A stretch of 64,000 nt of DNA from Penicillus capitatus. Taxonomy: Eukaryota > Plantae > Chlorophyta. The stretch covers positions 1,084,477-1,148,476 of the forward strand of contig OZ287699.1 in NCBI GenBank assembly GCA_965649825.1, in the 5' to 3' direction. Every line of letters begins with the position of its first letter. Within the stretch, counting starts at the first letter, position 1. The notes under the pieces are model-generated. The model had not been told where the DNA came from, did no database searches, and was given only the letters and a program-made list of their open reading frames with translations. Shown here in pieces: positions 50,700-62,294 of the stretch. Made by a program: the position numbers and the translations under genes.

Positions 50700-52465
50700 T
50701 TATTTCTGTAATACAGCCAAAATGCCTTCCAGTGCTTCGGCCCATTGCGTCCAGTGTGTGCCACCCTGACAATAAACAACATACGGAGGGCGAATGGGTC
50801 CATCTGCCGTGAGCTCAGAGGTGCTGCCATCGATAAAAGTACCATCGGCGAAGACAACGGCATCAGTGTATCCAGCTGTGCGGCCTATCGACACAAGAAG
50901 GTAGTGCCAAATGCAACTTGGTGATTGAAATCGCACCTGGAATGGGCTGAACGTAAGAACCGACCGGAGACAGCTTCTGAACAGACTTGCAGAACTGTAC
51001 CATTCTCGATTCCGACCCCAATCTAATGGCCGTGATAAAAGATAAGGGACGATGGATGCTTGGTCGAGGACAAACGTCATACCCCGCTTTGCTAAGAACA
51101 TGCGAAATAAGCAGACCAGATTTGAGTGCCTCCCCCACCATCTGCGGCGCCAAGCAGAATCCTAAGGTCTCTTCTCACGAGACATGAAGCGCCAACATCC
51201 GGGACAGACCTTGGAACATCAACCTGAGCGTCTCTCCTGAAACGGATCCAGCATCTATCCCGATTCCTGGAGCTGTGAGTCGTGCATGAACACCATGCAT
51301 CAGCTCTTGCCTTCCAGCAACGTACCTAATTTGAAAACTCGTGGAGATTCTTAACGAACGCATCATACCCCCCAGTCGAAGCGATGGTTCCGCCGGGATT
51401 CTTGATGAAGCTGCCCATCATCAAATCCACTCCAACATGTGTCGGCTCTCTATCTTCGGTAAATTCCCCGTAGCAATTGTCGACAAGGATCCGACACTTC
51501 GGATGATGCCGTCGAATGTGAGTGACCACGCTGCCGATCTGGTCGATGCTCAATGTCGAACGCGTGGCATATCCACAGGATCGCTGCAGATAGACCACCT
51601 GTGTCTTATCCGGAGACAATTGCTCCTTCAGGGAAAACAGATCCACAGAACCATCGCCACAGAGATCCAATTCTTTGTAGATGATGCCCCAGTCAAGAAG
51701 CGATCCGTGTGAAGATGCCGACGGACCGTGACCAATGACATCGTGGAGCGTGTCGTAAGGACTAAACACCAGCAATTGCAGTCGCTGCTGCAGTACCCTT
51801 GCATCGTACTATGTATGCTTACCTTCCGGTCACACAAATGAGTTCATCTCCTGGGCGGAGGACGCCAAAAAGTGCAGCTGCTATCGCATGGGTACCCGAT
51901 ACAAAATGGTGTCGAACCAGAGCGGACTCAGCTCCAAAGGATTGTGCAACCACCTGAAACAACGAGTGTCTGAGTCGGGGCGAGTATAGATCTGGTAGAA
52001 CTCGATCGAGGGCTGCCCTTCCTAGATCTCCATGGCCGTATCCTGATGAACCGGCAAAATGCTGAGGTCCTACTCTCTCATCTCGGCAAGCTTTTCGCAC
52101 ACGGCGGCTGTTACTGTCCACCAATCGATCTATCTCAAGAAATGATGACTGTAAATCTTCAGCCTGTCTCCAGATCTGTCCACGCCACTGAGTCGTCCTG
52201 ATACTCTTGAACGCAATAACGTCACCTGTTGTCTGAGATCTTCTCGGACGCATGTCCCCAGAAGACTAAGCTTCCTGCCGTCCGAAATGGTCGACGATGA
52301 CGATTGCAAAGACGTCGTCCACTCTGACGCTTTCTGGTGGGTCTGTGACCAGCTTGTGCGATTCGCCGAACGTCGTTCGCCGCACACGATAACCAAGGCG
52401 CCGCGTTTTTTCGCTTTCGTCGCTAAAGGCGTCGGTCGTCTGACATCAAGACAGATTGTTTGCAT
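50700..52465 (-). CDS. PLP-dependent methionine gamma-lyase-like / 'aluminium resistance' family protein with a probable transit peptide
   Basis: HFAGSSGYGHGDLGRAALD, VRHHFVSGTHAIAAALFGVLRPGDEL, VDNCYGEFTE..EP, GS.IKNPGG, PGIG.D.G, DGPIRPPYVVYCQGGTHW. Confidence 0.9.
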
Positions 52466-53507
52466 CTCTTGCCGTATCACATTTGTAAAGCAGAGTATCC
52501 AAAAGATCGCTATGTCGCTTCCAGTCTATACCATCCACGGTGCACGTTGCTTCTAAAGTCACACCATCCACAGCAGGTCCATCTCGAACCATTCTTTCTA
52601 GAATACGGTATGCAAAGTCGGCTTCGAGGCAAGGACGCATTCTCTGATCCGACCACATCAACATCAGTGCCGTCATGAGACCCCAGGCGCCCCAGTTTGA
52701 CACACCAGCGACAACGAGTTGATCGCAGGGAGTCACACAAGCAATGGTCTCTCCGTTTTGGACGTCCTCTGCAATGAGTGAACGTGGCACAGCGCCCATG
52801 CCAATCTCGTTGCCGCCGTCTCCGATACCGATTGTCGTCCAAGGAACGTCGACGAACAAGGCATGGACATCTGGGCTTGTTGCGCTGATGTCCTCGCCAC
52901 GCATGTTATAAATCCTGCCCGTCGCTGACTGGCCCGGACACTCGATAGATATGAGATGTGTGATTCCTTGAACTTGCAGGCGATGTTTGGTATCGGGTGT
53001 CAAGATCTCGACTTCTCCGACGTCGCCCGTCGCTTCGCTTAGAGACACAGCCATGGCGTTGTGACAAAAACGATCGGCGAGAAGCGTCACTGGGATATGA
53101 CGACGCATCAGTGCTGCCGCTAACTGAGAGGCCCCGAGAGGTCCATCTGTCTCCACCATTCCGACCTTTGGGATATAGAAGCCCGACAGGATGCCGACGT
53201 GTGGAGCCGGATGAGCGGTGAGGCTTTTGGCGGCTCTGAACAAATTTCCCGACGTGTGATGTACGAGTCGCTGTATCCCACGCCCAACATCCGTTCCAAC
53301 AAATTTCTCAATTGCACCCACAACTGAACGAACACGTTGTGCTTTGCAACAATGGTTCTGCGATTGTCCGCGTCGGCGCATTCCATCCTCACTCCGGCGA
53401 ATCTCTGGGCGACAAGAACTCGGCGATCCTTTCTGCCACGGCCACGACCCATGTTCCACATCTGTTCGCCACCTCGACCCACGCAGCAGAGAGATGTGAC
53501 GCATCAT
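52446..53507 (-). CDS. D-glutamate cyclase-like (DUF4392) protein, intronless
   Basis: GFY...ETDGPLGA, ISIE.PG...G.IYNMRG.DIS, TIGIGDGGNEIGMG, VAGVSNWG. The true start may be a downstream ATG (about 53381). Confidence 0.85.
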   Translation of the reverse strand: MMRHISLLRGSRWRTDVEHGSWPWQKGSPSSCRPEIRRSEDGMRRRGQSQNHCCKAQRVRSVVGAIEKFVGTDVGRGIQRLVHHTSGNLFRAAKSLTAHPAPHVGILSGFYIPKVGMVETDGPLGASQLAAALMRRHIPVTLLADRFCHNAMAVSLSEATGDVGEVEILTPDTKHRLQVQGITHLISIECPGQSATGRIYNMRGEDISATSPDVHALFVDVPWTTIGIGDGGNEIGMGAVPRSLIAEDVQNGETIACVTPCDQLVVAGVSNWGAWGLMTALMLMWSDQRMRPCLEADFAYRILERMVRDGPAVDGVTLEATCTVDGIDWKRHSDLLDTLLYKCDTARDANNLS

Positions 53508-53525
53508 GCAGTTGAAGAAAGCAGT

Positions 53526-53711
53526 ATGGCAGCAGCGCTGCTGGTGGATGTCTTATGGGTCATGATCTCTGTGACCACGGTGGCATCAACTGTTCTGTTG
53601 TTTCGTTCCCTAATGAGTGCCAAGTTGATTGTGGACAAGCGAAAAAATGAACCTCTGAAAAAGGAAAGAGAAAGACAGGAGAAGATCAAAAAGCTCACTG
53701 GACAGAAGTAG
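53526..53711 (+). CDS. Small single-TM protein with a basic coiled tail (weakly SMIM15/UPF0542-like)
   Basis: 61 aa: a hydrophobic N-half followed by KRKNEPLKKERERQEKIKK. Confidence 0.45.
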   Translation: MAAALLVDVLWVMISVTTVASTVLLFRSLMSAKLIVDKRKNEPLKKERERQEKIKKLTGQK

Positions 53712-53818
53712 ATCGATGGTGATGATGATACTCTGAGCTTGTAACAGTCACATCTCCGCAATGCCTCATTCATAGCCGTGAATGAGGACCATCTCACGAT
53801 TTGACTCTTTCTTCCGCG

Positions 53819-54734
53819 ATGGCGTCTCAGGATCCGTACAATCTCGTCAAACAGGAGCTTCAAGAAACGGTGTGACACAAGTGCCGGGAATGAAAACAAG
53901 ATGTTTGTTCGTGCGCTTAGGTGAACGAGCTTCAAGAGAAGTTTGTTCGTTGGAGTGAGTACCGTCCATCCAATCCTCTCAGAGCCAAAACCGGCGAAGA
54001 TTTGGAACGCGGCAGCAACAGTGTTCTGTGGCAGGTGAGACGAGAAGCCTGCATGCATGCTTGCAACCATCTCTGTATTCCTGCAAGAATTTTCGTCTGT
54101 GTTTCTTAGTTAGATGAACTGCAGCAGGCCATTGACGTTGCAACTCGCGATCCCGTTCGATTTAACCTCACCGATGCAGAGCTGGGCAATCGTCAAGCAT
54201 GGGTCCGAAACACCCGACGCCAAGTAGAGCATCTACGACAAGCAGAGGCCGAAACCTGTCATGTCGGTGATTGTTGACAGATTCATACCATTCAAGAATC
54301 TGTCAAGGCCTCTTCAGAACGCACTCAGCGATCCGACTTGGGTGCTTCATCTCGGCACGCACATGAGAACGATGCTTTTCTGCGAGACCAGAAAATGGAA
54401 CAGGAAATGGTCATCAGGTCGTCATCCCTCCTTTGTCGCTTTTCTTGCTCCGAGTAAGGATGACAGGAGACAAGATGAGGAGTTGGAAAACATGGAGAAG
54501 GCTGTGTCTCGTATTGGCAATGTGGGATTGACGATCCACGGAGAACTGACATCTCAGCAACAGCTTCTCAATGCACTGGACGAAGATGTGGATATCACGG
54601 GAAGTCGGATAAAGGCAGCACAAGCCAAGATTCAAGATATCTTAAAAAGATCTGGCGGCAATTGTCAAATGTGCACCATTATTGGATTAACAGTCGTTCT
54701 ACTGATCCTCATCGTCGTCGCTGTGGCAGCCTAG
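53819..54734 (+). CDS. Qc-SNARE, syntaxin-6/SYP61-like
   Basis: MASQDPY.LVK.E..., LDELQQAI.V...DP.RFNLT..EL..R..W, QD..L..M...V..IG.VG..IH.EL..Q..LL..LD.DVD, C-terminal TM. Confidence 0.88.
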
Positions 54735-54966
54735 AAAAAGAAGTCTTCCAATAAAGACATCCATTCGGCACGACGACAGGCGAAGACGACGACGCCCATC
54801 AACATGTAAAAAAGAGTGCTCTTTCACTGTTCCTTATTTGAATTCAACAACATGGACAACGAGTGTAGCTACATTCTAAGACTTGACACAGGCAAATCTG
54901 TCTCGTCATTGGTCGCTGGATCGATCATCTCTCATTCCTAGTGAAGGAAAACGCATCGCCGGCCGT

Positions 54967-55351
54967 CTACTGGTGCAGGAGACGTGTTTTGCATCTGCAT
55001 CGCCCGGAGAGAGATCTAACGTTTTGTTTCTGACATGGGGTGTCGGGGAACCTCGAAAACTTCTTTTTCTGTTTGAGATAGCATGCTTTGTCTACATCGT
55101 CCTTTGCCGAAGAGTTTGGACCTTCGTGGGTTTGACATTTGTCCATCAGCAAATCGTCATCCTCCTTACCCAGCAGAGTTTGCGTTGAACAGTCGATTGA
55201 GCTTTTGAGTGGAGTACTGTCCGTTGAAATCCTCTGGCTTTGCTGTTGATAAAGTTGGTATTTCACCCCCACAATCTGAGACATTAGTCCATTGTCTGGA
55301 GTCCAAGGACACAAGGTGAATCAATCCACGATGGTCGTGTCTTGAAGACAT
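54967..55351 (-). CDS. Possible small hypothetical protein
   Basis: ATG at 55351 followed by a GTAAG donor and a second open frame to 54967. No motif recognised. Confidence 0.25.
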
Positions 55352-55468
55352 TAAAATTGGACAGGCCGGTCGGTGGTTGTGCGACGCGTGCACATTTGTT
55401 GTCTACTCGCAACCGACACAGTATAGCCGTAACGCGGCTGCTGTGGTGAACATTGTCCCCCACCAAGA

Positions 55469-56483
55469 ATGGCACTCATCGAGGGACAGGTCACGACAGC
55501 CTTGGCACTAACACTCCTGGGGGCCATGGGCACAACACTAGGCGGCTTGCTCGTCGTCGTGCATCCAGGAATGACACTGCATCAACTCGGCTTCCTGCAA
55601 GTCGTGCAGCTTTGTATGTGACATAAAGAATTCGGTTGTCTTCACAGGGCGTCGCTGCAGGTCTCATGATCTGTATTTCGTTTATGGACCTTCTTCCAGA
55701 TGCCGTCGAGACTTTGGGATTTGAGAGGGCACATATTGCTCTGTACGCGGGGGCTGCCTTCTTTGCCCTTGTGACCACAATTCTGCCAGAACCCGATATG
55801 GAAAGCATGCTTCGAGATTCGAACACATCTGAATCGTAATGGTGCCTGTGGTTACCTCGATCTGCTGTCTGATGAGAGGCGTGATGCCTTCAGTAACGAT
55901 GCAAAATCGAAGAAACTGAGAAAGGAGATTCTGTTGAGTGGTCTGATCACTGCCATCGGCATTGCCCTGCACAACTTCCCAGAAGGTGTCTCCGTTTTCC
56001 TTGCTTCGATGAAATCGACAACGACGGGGCTGAACTTGGCCATCGCTATCGCACTGCACAACATTCCAGAAGGTGATGAGAATTGCCAGTGCGAATCATT
56101 CAGAGAGGCATTTCTGTTAGGCGTTGCTGTGGCACTGCCTGTCTATTTTGCAACACGAAGCCGTTGGATGGGATTCAAGTATGCAACACTGTCTGGGATG
56201 GCCGAACCTCTGGCTGTCATTTTTATGGCTCTGATCATGCCAGTAGGTCACTCTATGTCATTTTCTCGCTCTTGACAAGGCTTTGTTGCAGCTATGTGGT
56301 GTTGGACTCTCCGAGTATTCGGTAGATTTCATGGTGGCGACTGTCGCAGGCATCATGGCGTACATCAGTTTTCACGAATTGCTCCCTTTGAGTCTCACAC
56401 ATTGCGGGAAGACGAAGATGGCAATCTCTATGTTTGTGGGAATGGCGATGATGTCGGCAAATCTCTATCTGTTGCATGACTGA
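55469..56483 (+). CDS. ZIP family zinc transporter (ZupT/ZTP29-like)
   Basis: GVAAGLMICISFMDLLP, GIALHNFPEG, AIALHNIPEG-VAVALP, SG.AEP, GIM.YISF.ELLP. Confidence 0.93.
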
Positions 56484-56776
56484 TATACATTCCATGAATA
56501 TTCACCCATCCCATCGCTCATATCAAAACAGTGTTCATCCCAAAGAGAACTGCAAATAAATGCTTCACATCTTAAAAGAGATGCTTCCGGCACGCTCTCT
56601 TGTCCTCAGAATACTGAACACAGGTGCAGAAGATTGATGTGACGGCGCTGGAACAAGACAGGTTCACAAATTAATGCGAAGAGCCACTCGTGAGTGTTGT
56701 CTGTTCTTTTTCTAATCGTCCGCGCGAAGAAAGTTCGGGTCACCTCGGCGTCTGTCGCGTGGACATTGGCGACAAT

Positions 56777-57944
56777 ATGAAAACCGTCGTCATTACAGGC
56801 AGGAAAAAGATCCGCCATAACCTAAGCAATCGCCCTCTAACATCCTCTTACGCGAAGGTGGCAACACGGGCATTGGTTTCGAGACAGCGGCCGCTTTGGC
56901 CAGTCGAGGATTCAACACTATCATCGCCTGTCGAGACACCGAAAAGGGAAAATCTGCCGTCGATCGTCTCAAGTCCGACTTTGCACGCGGTACATCGGAT
57001 GCCGCACACCTGATATATCATGTAGGGACCGTGTGCCAAATGGCAAGATCTCAGCCAAGAGACTAGACTTGGCAGATTTCTCCAGCATCCACCAATTCGC
57101 GGACGACTTGGTGTCGAAGAGAACGCTGATCGATGTCTTGGTCAACAATGCGGGTGCAAAGAACCAGCCATGAGCGAGCGTCTTTGATATGTATGGATGT
57201 GACAGGAGTGATGGCGTGTCCTGCGATGAAGACCAAAGACGGCCTCGAACTTCAGATCGGCACCAATCATTTCGGTCACTTCCTTCTTACCAGTCTTCTT
57301 TATCCTCTCATGCAAAAGCACAAAGAGTGAGATGCATACATCTCATCAGGAAATCACACTTTCTGTTGCAGTCAAGCAAGGATCATTAATCTGTCATCCG
57401 TGGCGCATCGTTTCGGCGGCGGTATCAATTTCGAAGATATTAACCTCGAGAAGTCGTATACCCCATGGACTGCGTATGGAAAATCGAAGCTGGCGAATGT
57501 GCTCTTTACGAATGAACTGGCGAGACGTATTCCAAAGGAAGACAATGTGACGGTCAATACCGTGCATCCAGGCATTGTCCATACAGAACTACAGAGACAC
57601 GTTGTCGGAGAGGAGCCAAATTTCTTCCTCAGACCGTTCGTTGCTTTGGGCAACAGTTTGATCAAGACAGCAGCACAAGGTGCGGACCGTCGAATGAAAA
57701 TAAACAACGGTGCTTGTGTACAGGAGCGGAGACGAGCATCTATGTAGCAACGGATCCCCAGTTGGCTGATGTGACTGGGAAGTACTTCAAAGACAGCAAA
57801 GTGTGACCCCTTCTCATTCTTCGGAACCTGTGGCATCACTGTCTGTAGGAAACGAGCAGCAGCGCCCGAACGCACAACGTGGACGAGGCGAGACGATTGT
57901 GGGAGATGAGCAATACATTGACAGGCGCAAAGTGGAAATTCTGA
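56777..57944 (+). CDS. Short-chain dehydrogenase/reductase, retinol dehydrogenase 12-like
   Basis: TGGNTGIG (across a GC-AG intron, 56799-56857), NNAG, GTNHFGHFLLT, YGKSK, HPGIV.TEL. Confidence 0.93.
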
Positions 57945-57977
57945 GCCCGCGGTGATGTGACGGATTTATCATTCTTT

Positions 57978-58819
57978 TTACACATCCTTTCTCTGTCCTT
58001 GGATCGTGACAATAATGGATCTGGATCCGCCGTAGTTGCGGTGTTCATTCATGTAGATCCCTTGCCAAATTCCCAACCCCAATCGCCCATTGACAATTGG
58101 AATCGTCAGGCTTGGTCCCATCAAAGAACTCTGAGCAAGGTTCATCCTCGATGGCTGCTCTTTGCAGAGTGGGGGCACCTTACTTTCACATGAGCTGGCA
58201 TATCGTCTGCTCCCTCTTCGTCATGTCTGTAAACAGAGCTCTCAGGCACCATTCGATCCAAGGTATCCTGCAATTCCATCCAGTTAAAGTAGACGGCAAG
58301 AAAATGGATGAGGGAGCTTACATTCAAATCCAGAGGCACATCGGGACTTGCGTTTTCATTGATCGTGAGAGAAGCGCTCGTATGTTGAACTACATAGAAA
58401 AAGGGATTGGGGACATAAATGGATACGAGTGAGAAATGAACTGAAGAAATTGGCAAGGCCTGTTTGGATGTGACGGATGTCTTCGAGACCAGACACGAGC
58501 TGACGTGTGATGATATGACACCCTCTGGAAACAGGTGGAATATTGATCTTCTTCTGAATCCTGTACACGGAATCGGCGCCGTCTTACGATTCAGACACAT
58601 CTGGGAAGGGACGCACCAAACGGTTTCGCTTCGAGTTGCCCGATCGGCAGAGACGGCCAAAACAGAGAGAGCGCCTCGTCTGTTCTGCGTCCGTCTGCGT
58701 CTGGATACGGCGAGCTGTTGTCCACCGTTCCAACCACACCTCCTGGGGACACGCAACGGCACTCTGTGGGCTGCAGGAATACACTGCACAGTCGGACAGG
58801 CGTTCACGAGCGAAGCCAT
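57978..58819 (-). CDS. YjbQ/UPF0047 (secondary thiamine-phosphate synthase-like) protein with an N-terminal transit-peptide-like extension
   Basis: [47 protein letters not shown]...G.L.LG.WQGIY..EHR. Confidence 0.92.
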
Positions 58820-59035
58820 CGGTGTCTGTCCTTTACTGTCCTGTCAGGTCCCGTCATCGATGAAGCCGTCGATGTCATACGATGAAACGAACTGGACCGA
58901 GAGCTATATAGTACATTACAAGCAACAAAATGTCATTAAGGTCAACAGTTTACTCGAGAACATGTTCGTTCGAAAAGGGATTGATTGTCATTGTTTTCAC
59001 GAACCAAATGGTTCAGTAGAAAAACGAAAAAAACG

Positions 59036-60532
59036 TCAACCGAAAATGAAATGCTCAACGAAATGGTCAATGGCTTCACGATAGCGTCTGGATGTCCTCC
59101 GTCCGACGCGTGTGTAGATCGGAATGTCTTCCGGCTCCGTCGCTCGGGTAAAGGCCTCTCCATTTGCTTCATCCGTCTCTTTGGTGGTCTGAACTCGGAG
59201 GTACTGTCCGGGACGAACATAAGGATTTCCGTAAAACATATAATCGACTTGAGACTGGATATTCTCTGCACTGCCTTCTGTCGTGATGCCCAGCAGTGCA
59301 TTGTTTGCCAGCCATCCAAGGGCAGATCCATCTGCTCTTTCTTCCAGTTGCTGCAAAGCCACCCCTGAACCCAGAGAAAGCATCGCGATCTCCGTAATAG
59401 GGATGAGACTGGGCTGCGCCGACAACTGAATCAGAGCATGCAGAGATGGGTTGCTTCCGGCCATGAAGCCATCGATGAGACTGTACATGATATCATCTCT
59501 TCCGATGGGAGACAGCTCTTTAGCCGGATAAAGCGCAGGACTGGCACTGCCAGCACGCAACACGTCTTTCATATAGAAGTCCAAACTGGACTGAACGGTT
59601 CTGTCCGGCTGGACATCGACTGTCTCTCCACCGTTCGTTTCCGGAAACACCCTCGGTTCATTGCGGATAACTCCATGCGATGTGAATGTTCTGTGATGGA
59701 GATCAGATGTCGTATCGTGAACAAAGGAGATGGTCTGACGACGAATGAGATCATAGACATAAGAAAGATAATAGGTCGAGAGATCCGAAAGCTTCGTGTC
59801 TCCTAGGAACAGATCCAGCGCCAACTCCAGTCCTTCGACAGAATAGGTGGGCGATGTGACCCCTGGGATCTGTATTAAAGAGATGAGCGGACGACGGTTT
59901 GGATCCGTGAGGGATGCCTGGTTAAAATTGAACGGTGGCGTTGGGAATTCGAATACTCCCTCCGTCGTGGCACGTTGATTGAGATTGAAATTCAGGCCGT
60001 CTGGGTAGAACGTTGGACCATATTCTGTAAAGAAGACTTCTAATCCGCGCGCTTGGCCCGGAAGAATGCGGCCATAACGCTGAACAATACGCGGATCTTC
60101 CAGGACACGACTGGCAGTGCCGTTTCCTCCTTTGGATGCCAGGTATCCCGTGACCCACGTTCCGCAGGAGACGCCCGTCATCACGTCGAAGTAATCCGCC
60201 AACTGAATGTCGAAATCGTCGACTGTAGTGATGGCGCCGTCATCAGGTAAGTATTCTGGATGGGCCAAGAGGTAACGTTTGATCGATGATTCCACCTCGA
60301 TCGCAACCATAGCAGGTATCATGCAACGCAAACCGAGTCCATCCACAGACAACACAGTCGTGTACGTGCGCCTCTGGGTAGGACGTTTCACCAATGGCCT
60401 GTAAAGAAAGACACGTTCGACGCTTGCGTTCGGCAACTCCTCGGGTACAGACTTGGTTTCTTGCGCTGAGGTCTCCATCAAAAGTCCATAGAGAAGTAAA
60501 AGGAGAACCGTCCAACAATTCTTTGATTCCAT
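59036..60532 (-). CDS. Secreted patatin-like phospholipase-family protein, intronless
   Basis: Signal-peptide-like N-terminus; LSVDGLGLR, LADYFDVMTGVSCG, LIDGF..SNP, LSLGSG, YLRVQ. Confidence 0.88.
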   Translation of the reverse strand: MESKNCWTVLLLLLYGLLMETSAQETKSVPEELPNASVERVFLYRPLVKRPTQRRTYTTVLSVDGLGLRCMIPAMVAIEVESSIKRYLLAHPEYLPDDGAITTVDDFDIQLADYFDVMTGVSCGTWVTGYLASKGGNGTASRVLEDPRIVQRYGRILPGQARGLEVFFTEYGPTFYPDGLNFNLNQRATTEGVFEFPTPPFNFNQASLTDPNRRPLISLIQIPGVTSPTYSVEGLELALDLFLGDTKLSDLSTYYLSYVYDLIRRQTISFVHDTTSDLHHRTFTSHGVIRNEPRVFPETNGGETVDVQPDRTVQSSLDFYMKDVLRAGSASPALYPAKELSPIGRDDIMYSLIDGFMAGSNPSLHALIQLSAQPSLIPITEIAMLSLGSGVALQQLEERADGSALGWLANNALLGITTEGSAENIQSQVDYMFYGNPYVRPGQYLRVQTTKETDEANGEAFTRATEPEDIPIYTRVGRRTSRRYREAIDHFVEHFIFG

Positions 60533-60832
60533 AATCTCTTATCGCAGTTGTACAGATTCTGTAGAGAGGGTCGAACACAAACTATGACACCGTGCCGGAG
60601 AGAACAGCCAATAAAAAGCTGCGATGTTGAAAGGGCAAAGAAGGTGTAACGATGTGTCACATCACAGCCTCCTTGTGGTTGTCAGCAATGCCCTACTGCG
60701 TCGCTTTCATTGGCGAAGCTGTTGAGAACAACAGTGTACATGACATGTATTAGCGACTATGCGAACGAGACGGCGATAGATACGGATATGGACTTTCACA
60801 ACGATGGGATGTTTGGTTCTTAGTATGGGGTG

Positions 60833-62103
60833 TCATGACCAACGCAGGATATCTTCCTTTTCATCGACCGCCGTGTACCACTTCGGTCGTAGTACGGATG
60901 GATTGAGGCGGTAGTTGAGGAAGAGTTCTTCGTCCTGCAAATCTCGATTCGCCAGTAAAGCAAGACCCTGTACGGTCTCATTCGCCTCGATGATCGCATA
61001 CGATCCCATACACTTCACATTTGGAAGATAGGGACGCGAAACGACATCTGCCTGAATATCAAAGGCGCTGACGATGACATTCGGCACAGTGCTCTTGGGC
61101 GGGTGATTGGCAAAGTGTGCCAGAGCCAAAGGATGACGTCCCTGCATATCACGTTTGGAAAGGAGAGACAGAGGCAAAGGCGGACTTCCAGATCGTAGAC
61201 CTCGGCAAAAGTCTGTGTTGTCCCTGGGAATGGATGATCTTCATATAGTCCCTGTCCCCATGGCTTTGAGTCAATGATGATGCCGTCGTAGCGAGAGATG
61301 AGATATGCATTGTCTTCATCGATTCTCGGATATCCAAGCATCTCCCTCGTAGCCAAAACGTCAGATGGAGGCACGGATGGAGACCGTTGTTGATGTGACC
61401 TGTAGTGAATCGGTGCGTAGCACACTCCGGGGAAGAGTCCAACAACATCGCCGGAATTTGCATGCCCTCTCAACCACAAGCCCATTCCAGCGTCGGGATG
61501 TGAGATAGATGACTCCGCAACGTGTAAGGAGTAACCAAAGCGTTCCTGAACAGCACACTGTGTTATGAGGAGATGCTGTCGAGGGTCATCTGTCGGGCAA
61601 ACCTGGAACATGGCCGAGACTTCTGCCAGAGATATCTTGGGACGGAAGGTCGGGATGTTGCCGTTCTCTTCGCTGTTATCCTATAGAACCTGCCGAGAAG
61701 TGGATAGCAGCAGATGGAAAGGACGTGGGATTTGGAGGCGTTTCGATCATGGCCTCGGGAAAAATGACGCCGTCGGGCAGCGACTCCTCTCTTGCATTGG
61801 GCACCGTATCATTCTTTTCTTCGAGAAATCCATGCAGCATAGAGGCAAAGGTCGACAACCGATCGTGGATCTTCTCCTGAACCACCTACTGCATCACAAA
61901 CTGCTCACCGGACCTTCTCTTCTCTTTTCAGCAGACCTGCTCCATCCCCTGCACAGAGATCTCGTTCTCTCCATCACCTGTCCATCCATCACACTGCAGA
62001 CGTTATCTCAGAAAGTGATTGTACTCTTGTGTTCAAACATCAGAGCATAGATCTTCTTCAGATCACGTTCTCGCAAATCTCTCCGTTTGTCCAGCTTGTT
62101 CAT
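60833..62103 (-). CDS. SETD9/C5orf35-like SET-related protein; 5' end approximate
   Basis: S.I.HPDAG.GLWL.G....G.VV..FPGV.Y, N.YLISRYDG.IID, HPLALAHFANHPP....PNV, RD..DEELFLNYRL.P...RPKWY. Confidence 0.75.
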
Positions 62104-62294
62104 AATGGCTTTGGACGACAAGCGATCTAACCACTACACGCTTCTCGTCGTCTTTCCATGCCAAATAGCGCGTACGCCCATGATGCGCTTCATCGGATCG
62201 TTCAGTAAACACACGCACGCACGTACATACGCGTCTGTCTATGTCTGCATCGATCGATCGACGGTCATTATTGTGGTCCAGCCGACCTCTGTCC

